This document shows positions 41,901 to 51,671 of a stretch of DNA of 64,000 nt, piece after piece. A model generated the notes under the pieces. That model worked only from the letters and a program-made list of their open reading frames with translations. It ran no database searches and was not told the origin of the DNA. Each line of letters begins with the position of its first letter. Position 1 is the stretch's first letter. The stretch lies in NCBI GenBank assembly GCA_002305085.1, contig DBQE01000009.1:20835-84834 (forward strand), read 5' to 3'. The position numbers and the translations under genes are program-made. This DNA is from Bacteroidales bacterium UBA1402 (GTDB lineage: Bacteria > Bacteroidota > Bacteroidia > Bacteroidales > UBA1402).

Positions 41901-44087
41901 TTATCGTTTTCTGAATTTGAGTACTTGTTTTTGCTCTCCCGCTTGTAGTTCGAGCAGATAAATGCCGCTTTGAAGCCCGCTAACATCCACCTGACCCCGG
42001 TTCGTCTGGGCATTGAGTAATACCCTGCCGCTCAAGTCGATAATTCTTACTTGAATTGTCCCTTCAATACCGCTTATCAACAAGGTGTTGCCCTGATGTA
42101 TTAAATAGCTTCCCGGTGCTTTTGGACGGACTCTTTCTATGCTGCTTTGCATCGTAGCCACAATGCCTTCTCCGGTAATTTCGTAATCCACGTTTTCTAC
42201 GATGCTGGCATCGGACGATAAGACTACGGTATTTACCGAAGTCATGGCTTTACCCTCCACATTCAACAACACATCGTAGGAACCGGCAGGTATGCGATCA
42301 AAAAGATAAACCCCCTCTTGGTTACTGGTGGTAAAAGATTTCACCTGACTATGGTCTGAAGATGCCACCAAATACAAATCATAGGTCGGTAAAGACGCAC
42401 TGCGCAAACCGCCTTCATTATCGATCAGACGGATTGTTCCTCTGATTTGCCCGCTGGCGCCTGCGCTGACAGATAAATCAACCGTCTGAATGCTTATAAT
42501 TAATGCATCTATCTCGTCCGTTGTGAACGACACTATACCGGCATTCTCCCAAAGTAATTCGCTTGGGAGATAGGTACTCAAACTGCGTAGAGTTTCCGAC
42601 TGTACTTTCCCCTGACTGCGCAAGGCATATTCTCCTTCTCCAACCACAAACGCTCCCCGGCCGTCGATCAATTCCAAAGTATCGAGTACAATAAATCCTT
42701 CCTCGCCCAAGCCTAATAATTCAATGTTATCGTTCCCCGGAGCATCACCCATTTGGGCAATAACGGGAAGATTTCCAACTTTATAATAGCTCGTGAAATA
42801 ATCGTAATCATTCATATCGGTTGCAATGAGCCGGCCATAATTTTCATCCGGAAAACGGAGTACGACTTTACCCCCGGAAAAATCATTGTTTTCAACCAGT
42901 TTTAAATCCCAATTTTCGAAGATCGTATCTCCGTCTTCTGTGAATATTTGCAGACCCCCGTTGGGACATTCGCGCACAATTTCAATTTTATCGTCACTTA
43001 CAATGTCGTGCATATTTACCCAAACAACACTGTGCATATTGTCCTGTTCAAACGCCAGGCTTTTGTACAGGCTACGATCTTCGTTATAAATTCGGACAGT
43101 GTCGTTGTTATAATCAACCAGTTTGGCCAGACCCTGGCTATCGTAAAAAATCCCGCCGGAAACCCATTCTTCGTAATCGGGCAGGGAGTATATGGTGTTA
43201 GAGTATTTCTCCTTCATGCAGTATTGTCCGACCGAAGATAAATGGTAAAATTCTCCGACCCAGTAATCCGACAGACTGTCAACGGCCGTTTTATATAATG
43301 AGCCGTCCAAATTGTATAAAAGCAAATCGTATTCTTTATACAAATGCTCGTAGGCAGCGGCAATGTTGTTGTTTCTGCCCAAAATACGCCTTTGTCCTTC
43401 GTCAAAGGTGATGCCTTCGTACATTATTCCGTGCGGCATTTGCAATTCGAGAGCTCCGGTGGATAAATCGTATACCTGCCCGGTGTAAACATCGGTGGTA
43501 AACCAGCTTCCTCCCCCGAAAAAAGCAGTGTCTTTGGAACAGACTCGGTTCACAGCCAATTTGACCTGCCCATTTACTTCGAATGTTTCAAAGCCGTGAA
43601 AATTACTTAGAACGGTAAATAACGAATCTCCACTTTCATCGAGCACACCGACAAAGACGCTCCAGTTTTCGTCTGTAAATTGCGAAACATACGCACTGTC
43701 GTATACAGAAAACTTATAAATCAAAAACTGCTTTAATGTGTCGTTGACCAGGCTATTAACCAACTCAAGGCCTCCGGCCCAGTAATTCAATTGTGCCTCC
43801 TCAACAGGCAGTCTCAATGCAAAACTCTTAATCAGGTTAAGGTCAGGCTCATATAAGTTGAGGTAAGCAGGCTCCGGCATTTCGGGATTTGAACTACGTA
43901 ACATGTTTTCCTGTATCAACTGAAAATAAACAGACGTAGAGCCGTTGGGGCGAAATAGGCCATGCGTCAATAAATCGTTGTTATTGGCCGAGGGCACTTT
44001 GTTGCCTTCCAGATACTGAGATGCGGAAAGCTGACTGCTGCTTGCAAAAAACATTGTCAGCAGCAAAATATGTACTATATTTTTCAT
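41901..44087 (-). CDS. T9SS type A sorting-domain protein (repeat region plus Ig/prealbumin-like domains)
   Basis: Signal peptide; C-terminal IIDLSGRVL..VDVSGLQSGIYLL...KFRKR; EGVYLFDRIPAGSYDV. Confidence 0.85.
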   Translation of the reverse strand: MKNIVHILLLTMFFASSSQLSASQYLEGNKVPSANNNDLLTHGLFRPNGSTSVYFQLIQENMLRSSNPEMPEPAYLNLYEPDLNLIKSFALRLPVEEAQLNYWAGGLELVNSLVNDTLKQFLIYKFSVYDSAYVSQFTDENWSVFVGVLDESGDSLFTVLSNFHGFETFEVNGQVKLAVNRVCSKDTAFFGGGSWFTTDVYTGQVYDLSTGALELQMPHGIMYEGITFDEGQRRILGRNNNIAAAYEHLYKEYDLLLYNLDGSLYKTAVDSLSDYWVGEFYHLSSVGQYCMKEKYSNTIYSLPDYEEWVSGGIFYDSQGLAKLVDYNNDTVRIYNEDRSLYKSLAFEQDNMHSVVWVNMHDIVSDDKIEIVRECPNGGLQIFTEDGDTIFENWDLKLVENNDFSGGKVVLRFPDENYGRLIATDMNDYDYFTSYYKVGNLPVIAQMGDAPGNDNIELLGLGEEGFIVLDTLELIDGRGAFVVGEGEYALRSQGKVQSETLRSLSTYLPSELLWENAGIVSFTTDEIDALIISIQTVDLSVSAGASGQIRGTIRLIDNEGGLRSASLPTYDLYLVASSDHSQVKSFTTSNQEGVYLFDRIPAGSYDVLLNVEGKAMTSVNTVVLSSDASIVENVDYEITGEGIVATMQSSIERVRPKAPGSYLIHQGNTLLISGIEGTIQVRIIDLSGRVLLNAQTNRGQVDVSGLQSGIYLLELQAGEQKQVLKFRKR

Positions 44088-44151
44088 AAAGCCGTATTAA
44101 AGTATGATTAAAATTGGATTCTTCCTAAGAGTCTCTTTTTTCATTGAAAAG

Positions 44152-44243
44152 CAAAATTATAACTTGGAGCCCTGAGTGCCTAGGCAAAAGGTAAAATTGA
44201 GGCCGTAAAAGATACATTTTTCGACGCAAAATACATACTTTTG
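44152..44243. promoter_or_regulatory. Divergent -7 boxes (44152-44159 minus; 44236-44243 plus) with three 21-bp-spaced imperfect repeats
   Basis: TAATTTTG and TACTTTTG; repeats start at 44183, 44204 and 44225. Confidence 0.5.
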
Positions 44244-44260
44244 AAAACAAATCAAAGTTT

Positions 44261-45436
44261 ATGCTTAAAACGATTTTATTACTGACTCCCGTGTATGTAA
44301 CCTTGTTTTGGACTTTAGTTCTGAAAACGGCAAACAGACACAATAACGATCGAGCCAGGCTGTTTCTGGGCAAATTTATGTTTTTTGCTTGTATCCTGTA
44401 TTTTTCCCATTTTCTTTTTTTCTATCCTCTACCTCAGGTTTATATTTATTTCGACGCACTTTACCAATATGCCTCTTTGATGGTATACCCCCTTTTTTAC
44501 ATCTACATTCGCCTATTGACAGTGGATAAAAAATTTGAACTTAAAAAGCATTACAAGTACATCGCCGTACCCAATCTGCTTTTGATCGCCTATTTGATAG
44601 GCATACTGTTCAGCCCTTATGAACACTACCGGAGACTGATCGCCGACTATGAAAACAGCCCCTGGAATTTCCTGAAAATAGTTTTAACCTGCATGCAACT
44701 TGCCTTTTTAATACAGGTAATTCTTTGTGTCACAGGCAACACCATCTTATTGAAAAAATACAAACACAGCGCCGGACAATACTATTCCGATATAGAGGAC
44801 AGCAGAATCTACAAGGCCGAATTACTCAATCTGTGCATTATTCTTACAGGTATCTCCTCTTTTATACTCGGAATACTGGGACGTGATTTCTTTTTTGCCG
44901 AGCCTGTAGCTATGGGCATTGCTTCCTTGGTTTTTTCCACCTTGCTTTTTGCTATTGGTTTACTCGGCAATGTGCAGAAAGTAGTCAATCCAAGTTATGA
45001 AACCGACAGCGGCGTCCAGCCTTCAGCAAGCCTTGCCACAGATCAGGAAATGGAACACTTCAAAGCTGAGGTTTCTCCCAAAATTCTGCGCTTGTTTGAT
45101 GAAGACAAAATCTATCTAAACAGCAAACTCACCATCAGAGATGTGGCTCAAATAGTCGGAACGAACCGTACTTACGTATCGAACTTTATTAACACTCATT
45201 TTAATCAAAACTTTTGCAGTTTTGTAAATCGTTACAGACTCGAAGAGCTAGAACGAACCATCCGTAAACACCCGGAATACACCGGCAACACCCTGGCCGA
45301 ACTCTGTGGTTTCGGTTCAACGGACTCCCTGAAAAGGGCTGTAAGGACTAGTTTTGGTGTGTCTTATTCAGAATGGAGAAAAAGTTTGTCTGTCCAAGCA
45401 GACAAACATCAAGACAATTTGAACGCCAAGGCGTAA
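44261..45436 (+). CDS. Membrane-bound (about 7 TM) AraC-family transcriptional regulator
   Basis: Hydrophobic N-terminal two thirds; YLNSKLT..DVA..VGTNRTYVS..IN, FVNRYR, CGFGS. Confidence 0.9.
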   Translation: MLKTILLLTPVYVTLFWTLVLKTANRHNNDRARLFLGKFMFFACILYFSHFLFFYPLPQVYIYFDALYQYASLMVYPLFYIYIRLLTVDKKFELKKHYKYIAVPNLLLIAYLIGILFSPYEHYRRLIADYENSPWNFLKIVLTCMQLAFLIQVILCVTGNTILLKKYKHSAGQYYSDIEDSRIYKAELLNLCIILTGISSFILGILGRDFFFAEPVAMGIASLVFSTLLFAIGLLGNVQKVVNPSYETDSGVQPSASLATDQEMEHFKAEVSPKILRLFDEDKIYLNSKLTIRDVAQIVGTNRTYVSNFINTHFNQNFCSFVNRYRLEELERTIRKHPEYTGNTLAELCGFGSTDSLKRAVRTSFGVSYSEWRKSLSVQADKHQDNLNAKA

Positions 45437-45825
45437 TTGCGAATTTGCTTGAGCATCGCCGCAAAACCATTGGATCTGGTGGGCGACAAATGCTCCTTGA
45501 GTCCAATGCGTTCAATAAAATATAAGTCGGTCTTCAGTATTTCGTCCGGTGTCCGGCCCGAAAGAACCTTCAGCAACAGGTAAACCAGGCCTTTTACAAT
45601 AACGGTATCGCTCTCGGCCTCAAAAAACACCTTACCCTCCTTGTATTCGGCGTGTATCCATACCCGGCTTTGACATCCTTCTATCAGGTATTGAGGTTTT
45701 TTGTACTGCTCATCCAGCGGACCTAAAGAATTGCCCATGTCGATTAATAATTGGTACTTGTCCATCCAATCTTCAATCTCATCGAAGGCCTGAATGATGT
45801 CGTCCTGAACTTCGTCTATACTCAT
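45409..45825 (-). CDS. sufE: Fe-S cluster assembly sulfur acceptor
   Basis: DWMDKY, GCQSRVW, LSPTRSNG. Confidence 0.95.
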   Translation of the reverse strand: MSIDEVQDDIIQAFDEIEDWMDKYQLLIDMGNSLGPLDEQYKKPQYLIEGCQSRVWIHAEYKEGKVFFEAESDTVIVKGLVYLLLKVLSGRTPDEILKTDLYFIERIGLKEHLSPTRSNGFAAMLKQIRNYALAFKLS

Positions 45826-45834
45826 TTCAATCTG

Positions 45835-47061
45835 TTAATTAAACATTTTGTAGATTTTCTTTAAAGCAGCCTGTAAACGATCTACTTCTGAGCTTGTATT
45901 GTAAAAAGCAAAAGAGGCGCGAACACAGCTATCTACTGCCAAACGCTCCATCAGCGGTTGAGCACAATGGTGCCCGGTGCGTACGGCAATGCCGAGTTTA
46001 TCGAGCAACAAGCCAACATCATACGCATGAATGCCTTTTAATTGAAAAGGAATTATGGCATGCCTCTCAGGTATATTTCCCAACAACTGAAAACCTTCCA
46101 CTTTGCTCAGCTCCTGCAAGGCATAGTTCACCAACTGCTTTTCGTAGTCTGCAATCTTATCCAGGCCTATCTCCTGAATAAAACGTAATGCCTCGGCCAA
46201 GGCCGCTGTTCCGATAAAATCGGGTGTTCCAGCCTCGAATTTAAATGGAATCCGATTGTATGTTGTTTTTTCAAAATGAACTTGGTCAATCATTTCTCCT
46301 CCCCCTTGGTAAGGAGGCATTTGCTCCAAAAAAGAGCGTTTCGCGTATAAGACTCCTACTCCGGTGGGCCCAAAAACCTTGTGGGACGAAAAGGTATAAA
46401 AGTCGGCGTCCAGAGCTCGAACATCTACCGGCATATGGGCAACTGCCTGAGCTCCGTCAACCAGCACAGGAACACCTTGCTTGTGGGCTTTTTCAATAAT
46501 CTGCTTTATGGGATTCTCGATTCCCAGTACATTGGAAACATGGGTAATGGCCAGTAATTTTACCTTGGGTCCCAATAATTTTTCGTATTCATCGACCAAC
46601 AAACAACCGTTATCGTCAATGGGAATCACTTTAAGAGTCATTTTTTTACGCTCACACAAGAGTTGCCAGGGAACAATGTTAGAGTGGTGCTCCATGCTTG
46701 AAATCAAAATTTCATCACCCTCCCGGCAAAAAGCTTCGCCAAAGGAAAAGGCCACCAGGTTGATAGATTCGGTGGTTCCCCTGGTGAAAACAATTTCATC
46801 GGGTTCTGCCGCATTGATAAATTGCTGCACCACAACTCTGGCCGCCTCGTGAGCTTCGGTAGCCTGTTGGCTCAATAAATGCACCGCCCGGTGAACATTC
46901 GCATTATGGCTGAAGTAGGCCTCTTCTATCTTTTTTACCACGGAACGCGGTTTTTGGGTAGTGGCTGCGTTATCCAGATAGACCAAAGGATGCCCGTAGG
47001 CTTTTTGTTCCAGAATAGGAAAGTGCTTTCTTATGGAAGCTACATCAAATTTCGATTCCAT
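45835..47061 (-). CDS. sufS: Cysteine desulfurase (group II)
   Basis: YLDNAATTQKP, EHHSN, SSHK, RTGHHCAQP. Confidence 0.96.
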   Translation of the reverse strand: MESKFDVASIRKHFPILEQKAYGHPLVYLDNAATTQKPRSVVKKIEEAYFSHNANVHRAVHLLSQQATEAHEAARVVVQQFINAAEPDEIVFTRGTTESINLVAFSFGEAFCREGDEILISSMEHHSNIVPWQLLCERKKMTLKVIPIDDNGCLLVDEYEKLLGPKVKLLAITHVSNVLGIENPIKQIIEKAHKQGVPVLVDGAQAVAHMPVDVRALDADFYTFSSHKVFGPTGVGVLYAKRSFLEQMPPYQGGGEMIDQVHFEKTTYNRIPFKFEAGTPDFIGTAALAEALRFIQEIGLDKIADYEKQLVNYALQELSKVEGFQLLGNIPERHAIIPFQLKGIHAYDVGLLLDKLGIAVRTGHHCAQPLMERLAVDSCVRASFAFYNTSSEVDRLQAALKKIYKMFN

Positions 47062-47077
47062 GACCTCAGTTTTATTC

Positions 47078-48415
47078 TCAACAAATATCGCAGCCGGCAC
47101 AAGCGCTCATCTGTTTACGAAATCGCTTGCCCACCAGATTGTGGATTCTGTTTTTCAAGGGAATTAGTTGAATCCCCTCAATCACGTCTGCCACAAAGGC
47201 AAATTTAAGCATCGCCCGGGCTTCCTGCTCCGAAAGACCTCTCGATCGCATATAAAACAAAGCGTTCTCGTCAATTTGGCCGGTGGCGGAACCATGGCTG
47301 CACTTGACATCATCGGCGTAAATCTCGAGTTGAGGCAAAGCATTCATCCTGGCCCGGGATGAATTGCAGAGATTGGCATTGGACTGATAAGCAGAAGTTT
47401 TTTGCGCGTTGGGATGCACCAGCACTTTTCCGGCAAACACCCCTCTCGATTCATCGTCCAGAATATATTTATACAGTTGACGGCTGGTGCATTGGGGTAC
47501 TACATGCTCCACATCAACATGATAATCGGCAAACTGATGACTATCGAGCAGACAAAGACCGGACAACATAGACTCAGCCTGTTCTCCTAACATTCTCAAA
47601 TTTAAATTGTTGCGTGAAACTCCATTGTTCAAGGTAATACCGTTAACGAATACCGAAGAAGAGGCCTGTTGGTCGATAAAAGTATTGCTTAGCCTTGCAT
47701 TATTAGGATGTGTCATTTCCAATTCATAGTATTCCAGCCGGGCCTTTTTACCGACAAAAACCTCGGTTACCTGATTCGAAAAACAAGAGCTCTGAGTCAT
47801 GCTGTGATCACATATCATCAGCTTGGCCGAAGCTCCGTCTTCGATAATAACCAAGTTTCTTCGGTTAGCCATTTGCTCGATTTCACCGTGAAATAGTTGA
47901 ATCAGTTGCAAGGGCTGTTCAATTTCAACACCCGCAGGCACAAACAAAAGAAAACCATCCTGGGCCATGGCTGTGTTTAATGCGGCAAAAGCATCGGCAG
48001 ATTGTCCGGCTATACGGTCGTAATATGGGGCCATGAGTTCTGGATACTCACGGAGTATGGCGTTGATGCTGCCATACAAGACGCCTTCGGATAATTTTTG
48101 CGGATCGGGATCGGGATAATATACGTCGTTGACCACAAAAAACAATTTGGTCGATAAACTGGGAACTTCGCAACGAAAAACCTTACTGGGATGGGGCGGA
48201 GCCGACAAGCGATAGAGGTTCATTCCGTAATCAATTTCCAACAAAGCATCCAGCCGGCATTGCCGGTAAGCTTCGTCTTTGGGGCCCGGAAAGCCGGCCT
48301 TTTCAAAAAGCCCAATGGCAGCCTCCCGTTTTGAGTCCATCAAAGGAGCAGAATACTGCCTGAGCACTTCCCGGTAGTTCCTGAATAAATTTAGGTAGGT
48401 CGTTTCTTTTCCCAT
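47078..48415 (-). CDS. sufD: Fe-S cluster assembly protein
   Basis: PQLEIYADDVKCSHG, FYMRSRG; C-terminal CAGCDIC. Confidence 0.95.
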   Translation of the reverse strand: MGKETTYLNLFRNYREVLRQYSAPLMDSKREAAIGLFEKAGFPGPKDEAYRQCRLDALLEIDYGMNLYRLSAPPHPSKVFRCEVPSLSTKLFFVVNDVYYPDPDPQKLSEGVLYGSINAILREYPELMAPYYDRIAGQSADAFAALNTAMAQDGFLLFVPAGVEIEQPLQLIQLFHGEIEQMANRRNLVIIEDGASAKLMICDHSMTQSSCFSNQVTEVFVGKKARLEYYELEMTHPNNARLSNTFIDQQASSSVFVNGITLNNGVSRNNLNLRMLGEQAESMLSGLCLLDSHQFADYHVDVEHVVPQCTSRQLYKYILDDESRGVFAGKVLVHPNAQKTSAYQSNANLCNSSRARMNALPQLEIYADDVKCSHGSATGQIDENALFYMRSRGLSEQEARAMLKFAFVADVIEGIQLIPLKNRIHNLVGKRFRKQMSACAGCDIC

Positions 48416-48416
48416 T

Positions 48417-49172
48417 TTAATCTTTCAATTCTTGCTTGACCCAATCGTATCCTTGTTTTTCCAAGTCTTTGGCCAATTGAAAATCCCCACTTTTGACTAT
48501 ACGCCCCTCGAAAAGCACATGCACCCGGTCGGGAACAATATAATTCAACAATCGTTGGTAATGGGTAATGACTATACAGGATTTCTGAGGAGTGTGTATT
48601 TTATTTACCCCTTGGGCAACAATGCGTAAGGCATCTATATCTAGACCGCTGTCGGTCTCGTCGAGAATAGAGAGTACGGGATCGAGCATGGCCATCTGAA
48701 ATATTTCGTTGCGCTTTTTTTCTCCTCCCGAAAAACCCTCGTTGACCGAACGGCCGGCCAAGGTATTATCCAACTCAACCAATGCCTTTTTTTCTCGCAT
48801 CAGTTTCAAAAAGTCCGAGGCGTTCATGGCTTCCTGTTTGCGGTATTTACGGTGCTCATTAATGGCTGTGCGCATAAAATTCACCATACTTACCCCGGGG
48901 ATTTCCACCGGATACTGAAAACTCAAAAACAAACCTTCACGTGAACGATCTTCGGGAGTCATACTTAAAAGATCCATGCCTTTGAAGTGAACCGTACCTT
49001 GGGTAACAGTAAAGGCCGGATTTCCCGAAAGTACAGCTGAAAGCGTACTTTTCCCCGAGCCATTGGGTCCCATAATGGCATGTATTTCTCCTTCTTTCAC
49101 CGATAAATTCAGGCCTTTCAGGATTTCTTTATCTCCTGCGGAAGCATGTAAATTTTTTATTTCCAACAACAT
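48417..49172 (-). CDS. sufC: Fe-S cluster assembly ATPase
   Basis: GPNGSGKST, FQYP.EIPGV, FSGGEKKRNE, LDETDSGLDID; start at ATG 49172. Confidence 0.97.
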   Translation of the reverse strand: MLLEIKNLHASAGDKEILKGLNLSVKEGEIHAIMGPNGSGKSTLSAVLSGNPAFTVTQGTVHFKGMDLLSMTPEDRSREGLFLSFQYPVEIPGVSMVNFMRTAINEHRKYRKQEAMNASDFLKLMREKKALVELDNTLAGRSVNEGFSGGEKKRNEIFQMAMLDPVLSILDETDSGLDIDALRIVAQGVNKIHTPQKSCIVITHYQRLLNYIVPDRVHVLFEGRIVKSGDFQLAKDLEKQGYDWVKQELKD

Positions 49173-49224
49173 AAATATCGTCTTTACGGCCTTGGCCAAT
49201 CTGTTTTTATTCTTTGTTTGTTTT

Positions 49225-49575
49225 CTATCTCCTCCCGGTCTTTTTTCCACGTTTTACGGACTTCGGCGCAGGAGAATACCTTGATGGCTTTCTTTTTGCT
49301 TTACCCTTTTTCCTCGTCGTTTTTTTGAACCAGCCCTGAACAAACACCAATAATCCTACAACCAGCAACATCAAGGCAAGGGCACTCACCAAAAGCCGCT
49401 GCCTGTTTCCCTCTTCTTCCAAAGGCAGGGTACTAAACAACAAATAACCCAAGCCTGCCAGGATCAAGAGAATAAAGATGGCGACCCAAATGGCTCCTCT
49501 GCTCTTTTGAATAGGAGCTTCGTTGTCGTCAGTTCCTCTATTTTGTGCGGTTTTTGTTTCCCTTTTTGATTTCAT
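49225..49575 (-). CDS. Hypothetical 2-TM membrane protein with a highly basic C-terminal tail
   Basis: Two hydrophobic helices and a K/R-rich tail; fills the gap between pnuC and sufC. Confidence 0.6.
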   Translation of the reverse strand: MKSKRETKTAQNRGTDDNEAPIQKSRGAIWVAIFILLILAGLGYLLFSTLPLEEEGNRQRLLVSALALMLLVVGLLVFVQGWFKKTTRKKGKAKRKPSRYSPAPKSVKRGKKTGRR

Positions 49576-50215
49576 CCTGCTGTTTATATTGTTTATTCCA
49601 ATCAACTATTGCTCTTAACGCTATCAAAGTAAAGACGGCAAAAAGCAGCGCTGTAAAAAACAACCCCATATAAGCATAAAGGGCTGTGCTCAACACGTCG
49701 ACAACTATCCAGATAATCCAGTTATCCTTTACTTTTCTTGAAAGCAAAAACTGCCCCATTACACTAGCCGCTGTCAACATGGCATCCAACCTGGGAAAGG
49801 CTGGAGGATCAATGTATTCGGGAAACCTGGACTGAAAATAAATAATTCCTTCGCTCCACAAGCCGCCGAACACCAAAACTATCACTATCACCAGAGCCCA
49901 CTGGCTCTTATTTAATCGCCGTATGCGCAGCTCTCTGTTTTTCCCTTCTTGTCCGGGCGCCGGGTGCTTCCAGTGATAATACCCATAGAGGCTGAATGAG
50001 AAATACACTACCTGCAGCAGCATGGCTGAGTATAAATGTGCCTGATAAAACACAACAAAGTACACCACATTGTTGAGCAAACCAAACAAAAAATTAACAG
50101 AGAGCGCTCTTGAGGCCAAATATACAGCCACCAGCCCGCTAACCAATCCGATCAATTCCAGCAGGTTCATGGAATGGCCCCATAACGAAAACAACACTAC
50201 ATCCTGAATCGACAT
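49538..50215 (-). CDS. pnuC: PnuC-family (Pnu) vitamin/nucleoside transporter
   Basis: LELIG..SGL..VYL, LQ..Y....YGYYHW, D..LT..S..GQ.L..RK..DNWIIW..VD; ATG directly after the sufB stop. Confidence 0.85.
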   Translation of the reverse strand: MSIQDVVLFSLWGHSMNLLELIGLVSGLVAVYLASRALSVNFLFGLLNNVVYFVVFYQAHLYSAMLLQVVYFSFSLYGYYHWKHPAPGQEGKNRELRIRRLNKSQWALVIVIVLVFGGLWSEGIIYFQSRFPEYIDPPAFPRLDAMLTAASVMGQFLLSRKVKDNWIIWIVVDVLSTALYAYMGLFFTALLFAVFTLIALRAIVDWNKQYKQQDEIKKGNKNRTK

Positions 50216-50216
50216 A

Positions 50217-51668
50217 TTATCCAACACTCCCTTCCAGAGAAACCTGCAACAATTTTTGTGCCTCAACGGCAAATTCCATGGGAAGCTTATTGATTACTTC
50301 TTTAGCATAGCCATTCACTATCAACCCTATAGCTTCTTCTGTAGAAATACCGCGCTGATTGCAATAAAACAATTGATCCTCGTTGATCTTAGAAGTAGTC
50401 GCTTCGTGCTCAACTACGGCTGTTTCGTTGTTTATTTCAATATAAGGGAAGGTATGTGCCCCACAGGTGTCCCCCAGCAACAAACTGTCGCATTGGGAGT
50501 GATTGCGGGCGTTGGAAGCTTTAGGAGCAATTTTTACCAACCCACGGTAACTGTTTTGGCTTTTACCGGCCGATATACCTTTGGAAACAATAATGCTGCG
50601 GGTGTTTTTGCCCAAATGAATCATTTTGGTTCCCGTATCGGCCTGTTGGTGGTTGTTAGTAACGGCAACCGAGTAAAATTCTCCCACAGAATTATCCCCC
50701 GCCAAAATACAGGAAGGGTACTTCCAGGTTATGGCTGAGCCCGTTTCAACCTGAGTCCAGGAGATCTTGGCCGATTCACCTTTACACAAACAACGCTTGG
50801 TAACAAAGTTATAAATACCACCCTTGCCTTCTTTATCGCCCGGATACCAGTTTTGTACAGTAGAATATTTGACTTCTGCCCGGTCGTGGACAACAATCTC
50901 CACTATAGCCACATGCAATTGGTTCTCGTCGCGTATCGGAGCCGTGCAGCCTTCCAGGTAGCTGACGTAGCTATCGTCATCGGCCACTATCAATGTGCGC
51001 TCAAATTGACCCGTATTGATGGCATTAATTCTGAAATAGGTTGACAACTCCATAGGACAACGCACCCCCTTAGGTATGTACACAAAGGAACCATCGCTGA
51101 AAACGGCACAATTCAGGGCCGCGTAATAATTATCCGTATAGGGTACGACCGAGCCCAGGTAACGCTTGATTAATTCGGGATGCTCTTGCACCCCCTCGCT
51201 GAAAGAGCAAAAAATGATGCCCTTCTTTGCCAGGCTTTCCTTGAAGGTGGTCTTGACGGAAACACTATCCATTACGGCATCTACGGCCATGCCTGCCAGT
51301 TGCTTGCGCTCTTGCAAGGGTATGCCCAGTTTCTCGAAGGTTTTTAGCAAATCCGGATCAATGTCTTCCTCGTTATCTCCGGAAGTTTTGCTCTTAGGGG
51401 CGGCATAGTAGACCATTTTTTGATAGTCAATTTCGGGAATGTCCAAATGCGCCCATTGGGGCTTTTCCATGCTTTGCCAATGACGAAAAGCCTTGAGGCG
51501 AAACTCCAACAGCCAGTCCGGCTCCATTTTTTTGGAAGAAATCAAACGAATAACATCTTCATTTAACCCCTCGGGAATAGTTTCGGTTTCAATATCGGTC
51601 ACGAAACCATACTTATATTCACCGGCAGTTACCTGTGTAATGATATCCTTGTCTTCGGTTGATTTCAT
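50217..51668 (-). CDS. sufB: Fe-S cluster assembly protein
   Basis: [44 protein letters not shown]. Confidence 0.97.
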   Translation of the reverse strand: MKSTEDKDIITQVTAGEYKYGFVTDIETETIPEGLNEDVIRLISSKKMEPDWLLEFRLKAFRHWQSMEKPQWAHLDIPEIDYQKMVYYAAPKSKTSGDNEEDIDPDLLKTFEKLGIPLQERKQLAGMAVDAVMDSVSVKTTFKESLAKKGIIFCSFSEGVQEHPELIKRYLGSVVPYTDNYYAALNCAVFSDGSFVYIPKGVRCPMELSTYFRINAINTGQFERTLIVADDDSYVSYLEGCTAPIRDENQLHVAIVEIVVHDRAEVKYSTVQNWYPGDKEGKGGIYNFVTKRCLCKGESAKISWTQVETGSAITWKYPSCILAGDNSVGEFYSVAVTNNHQQADTGTKMIHLGKNTRSIIVSKGISAGKSQNSYRGLVKIAPKASNARNHSQCDSLLLGDTCGAHTFPYIEINNETAVVEHEATTSKINEDQLFYCNQRGISTEEAIGLIVNGYAKEVINKLPMEFAVEAQKLLQVSLEGSVG

Positions 51669-51671
51669 ACA

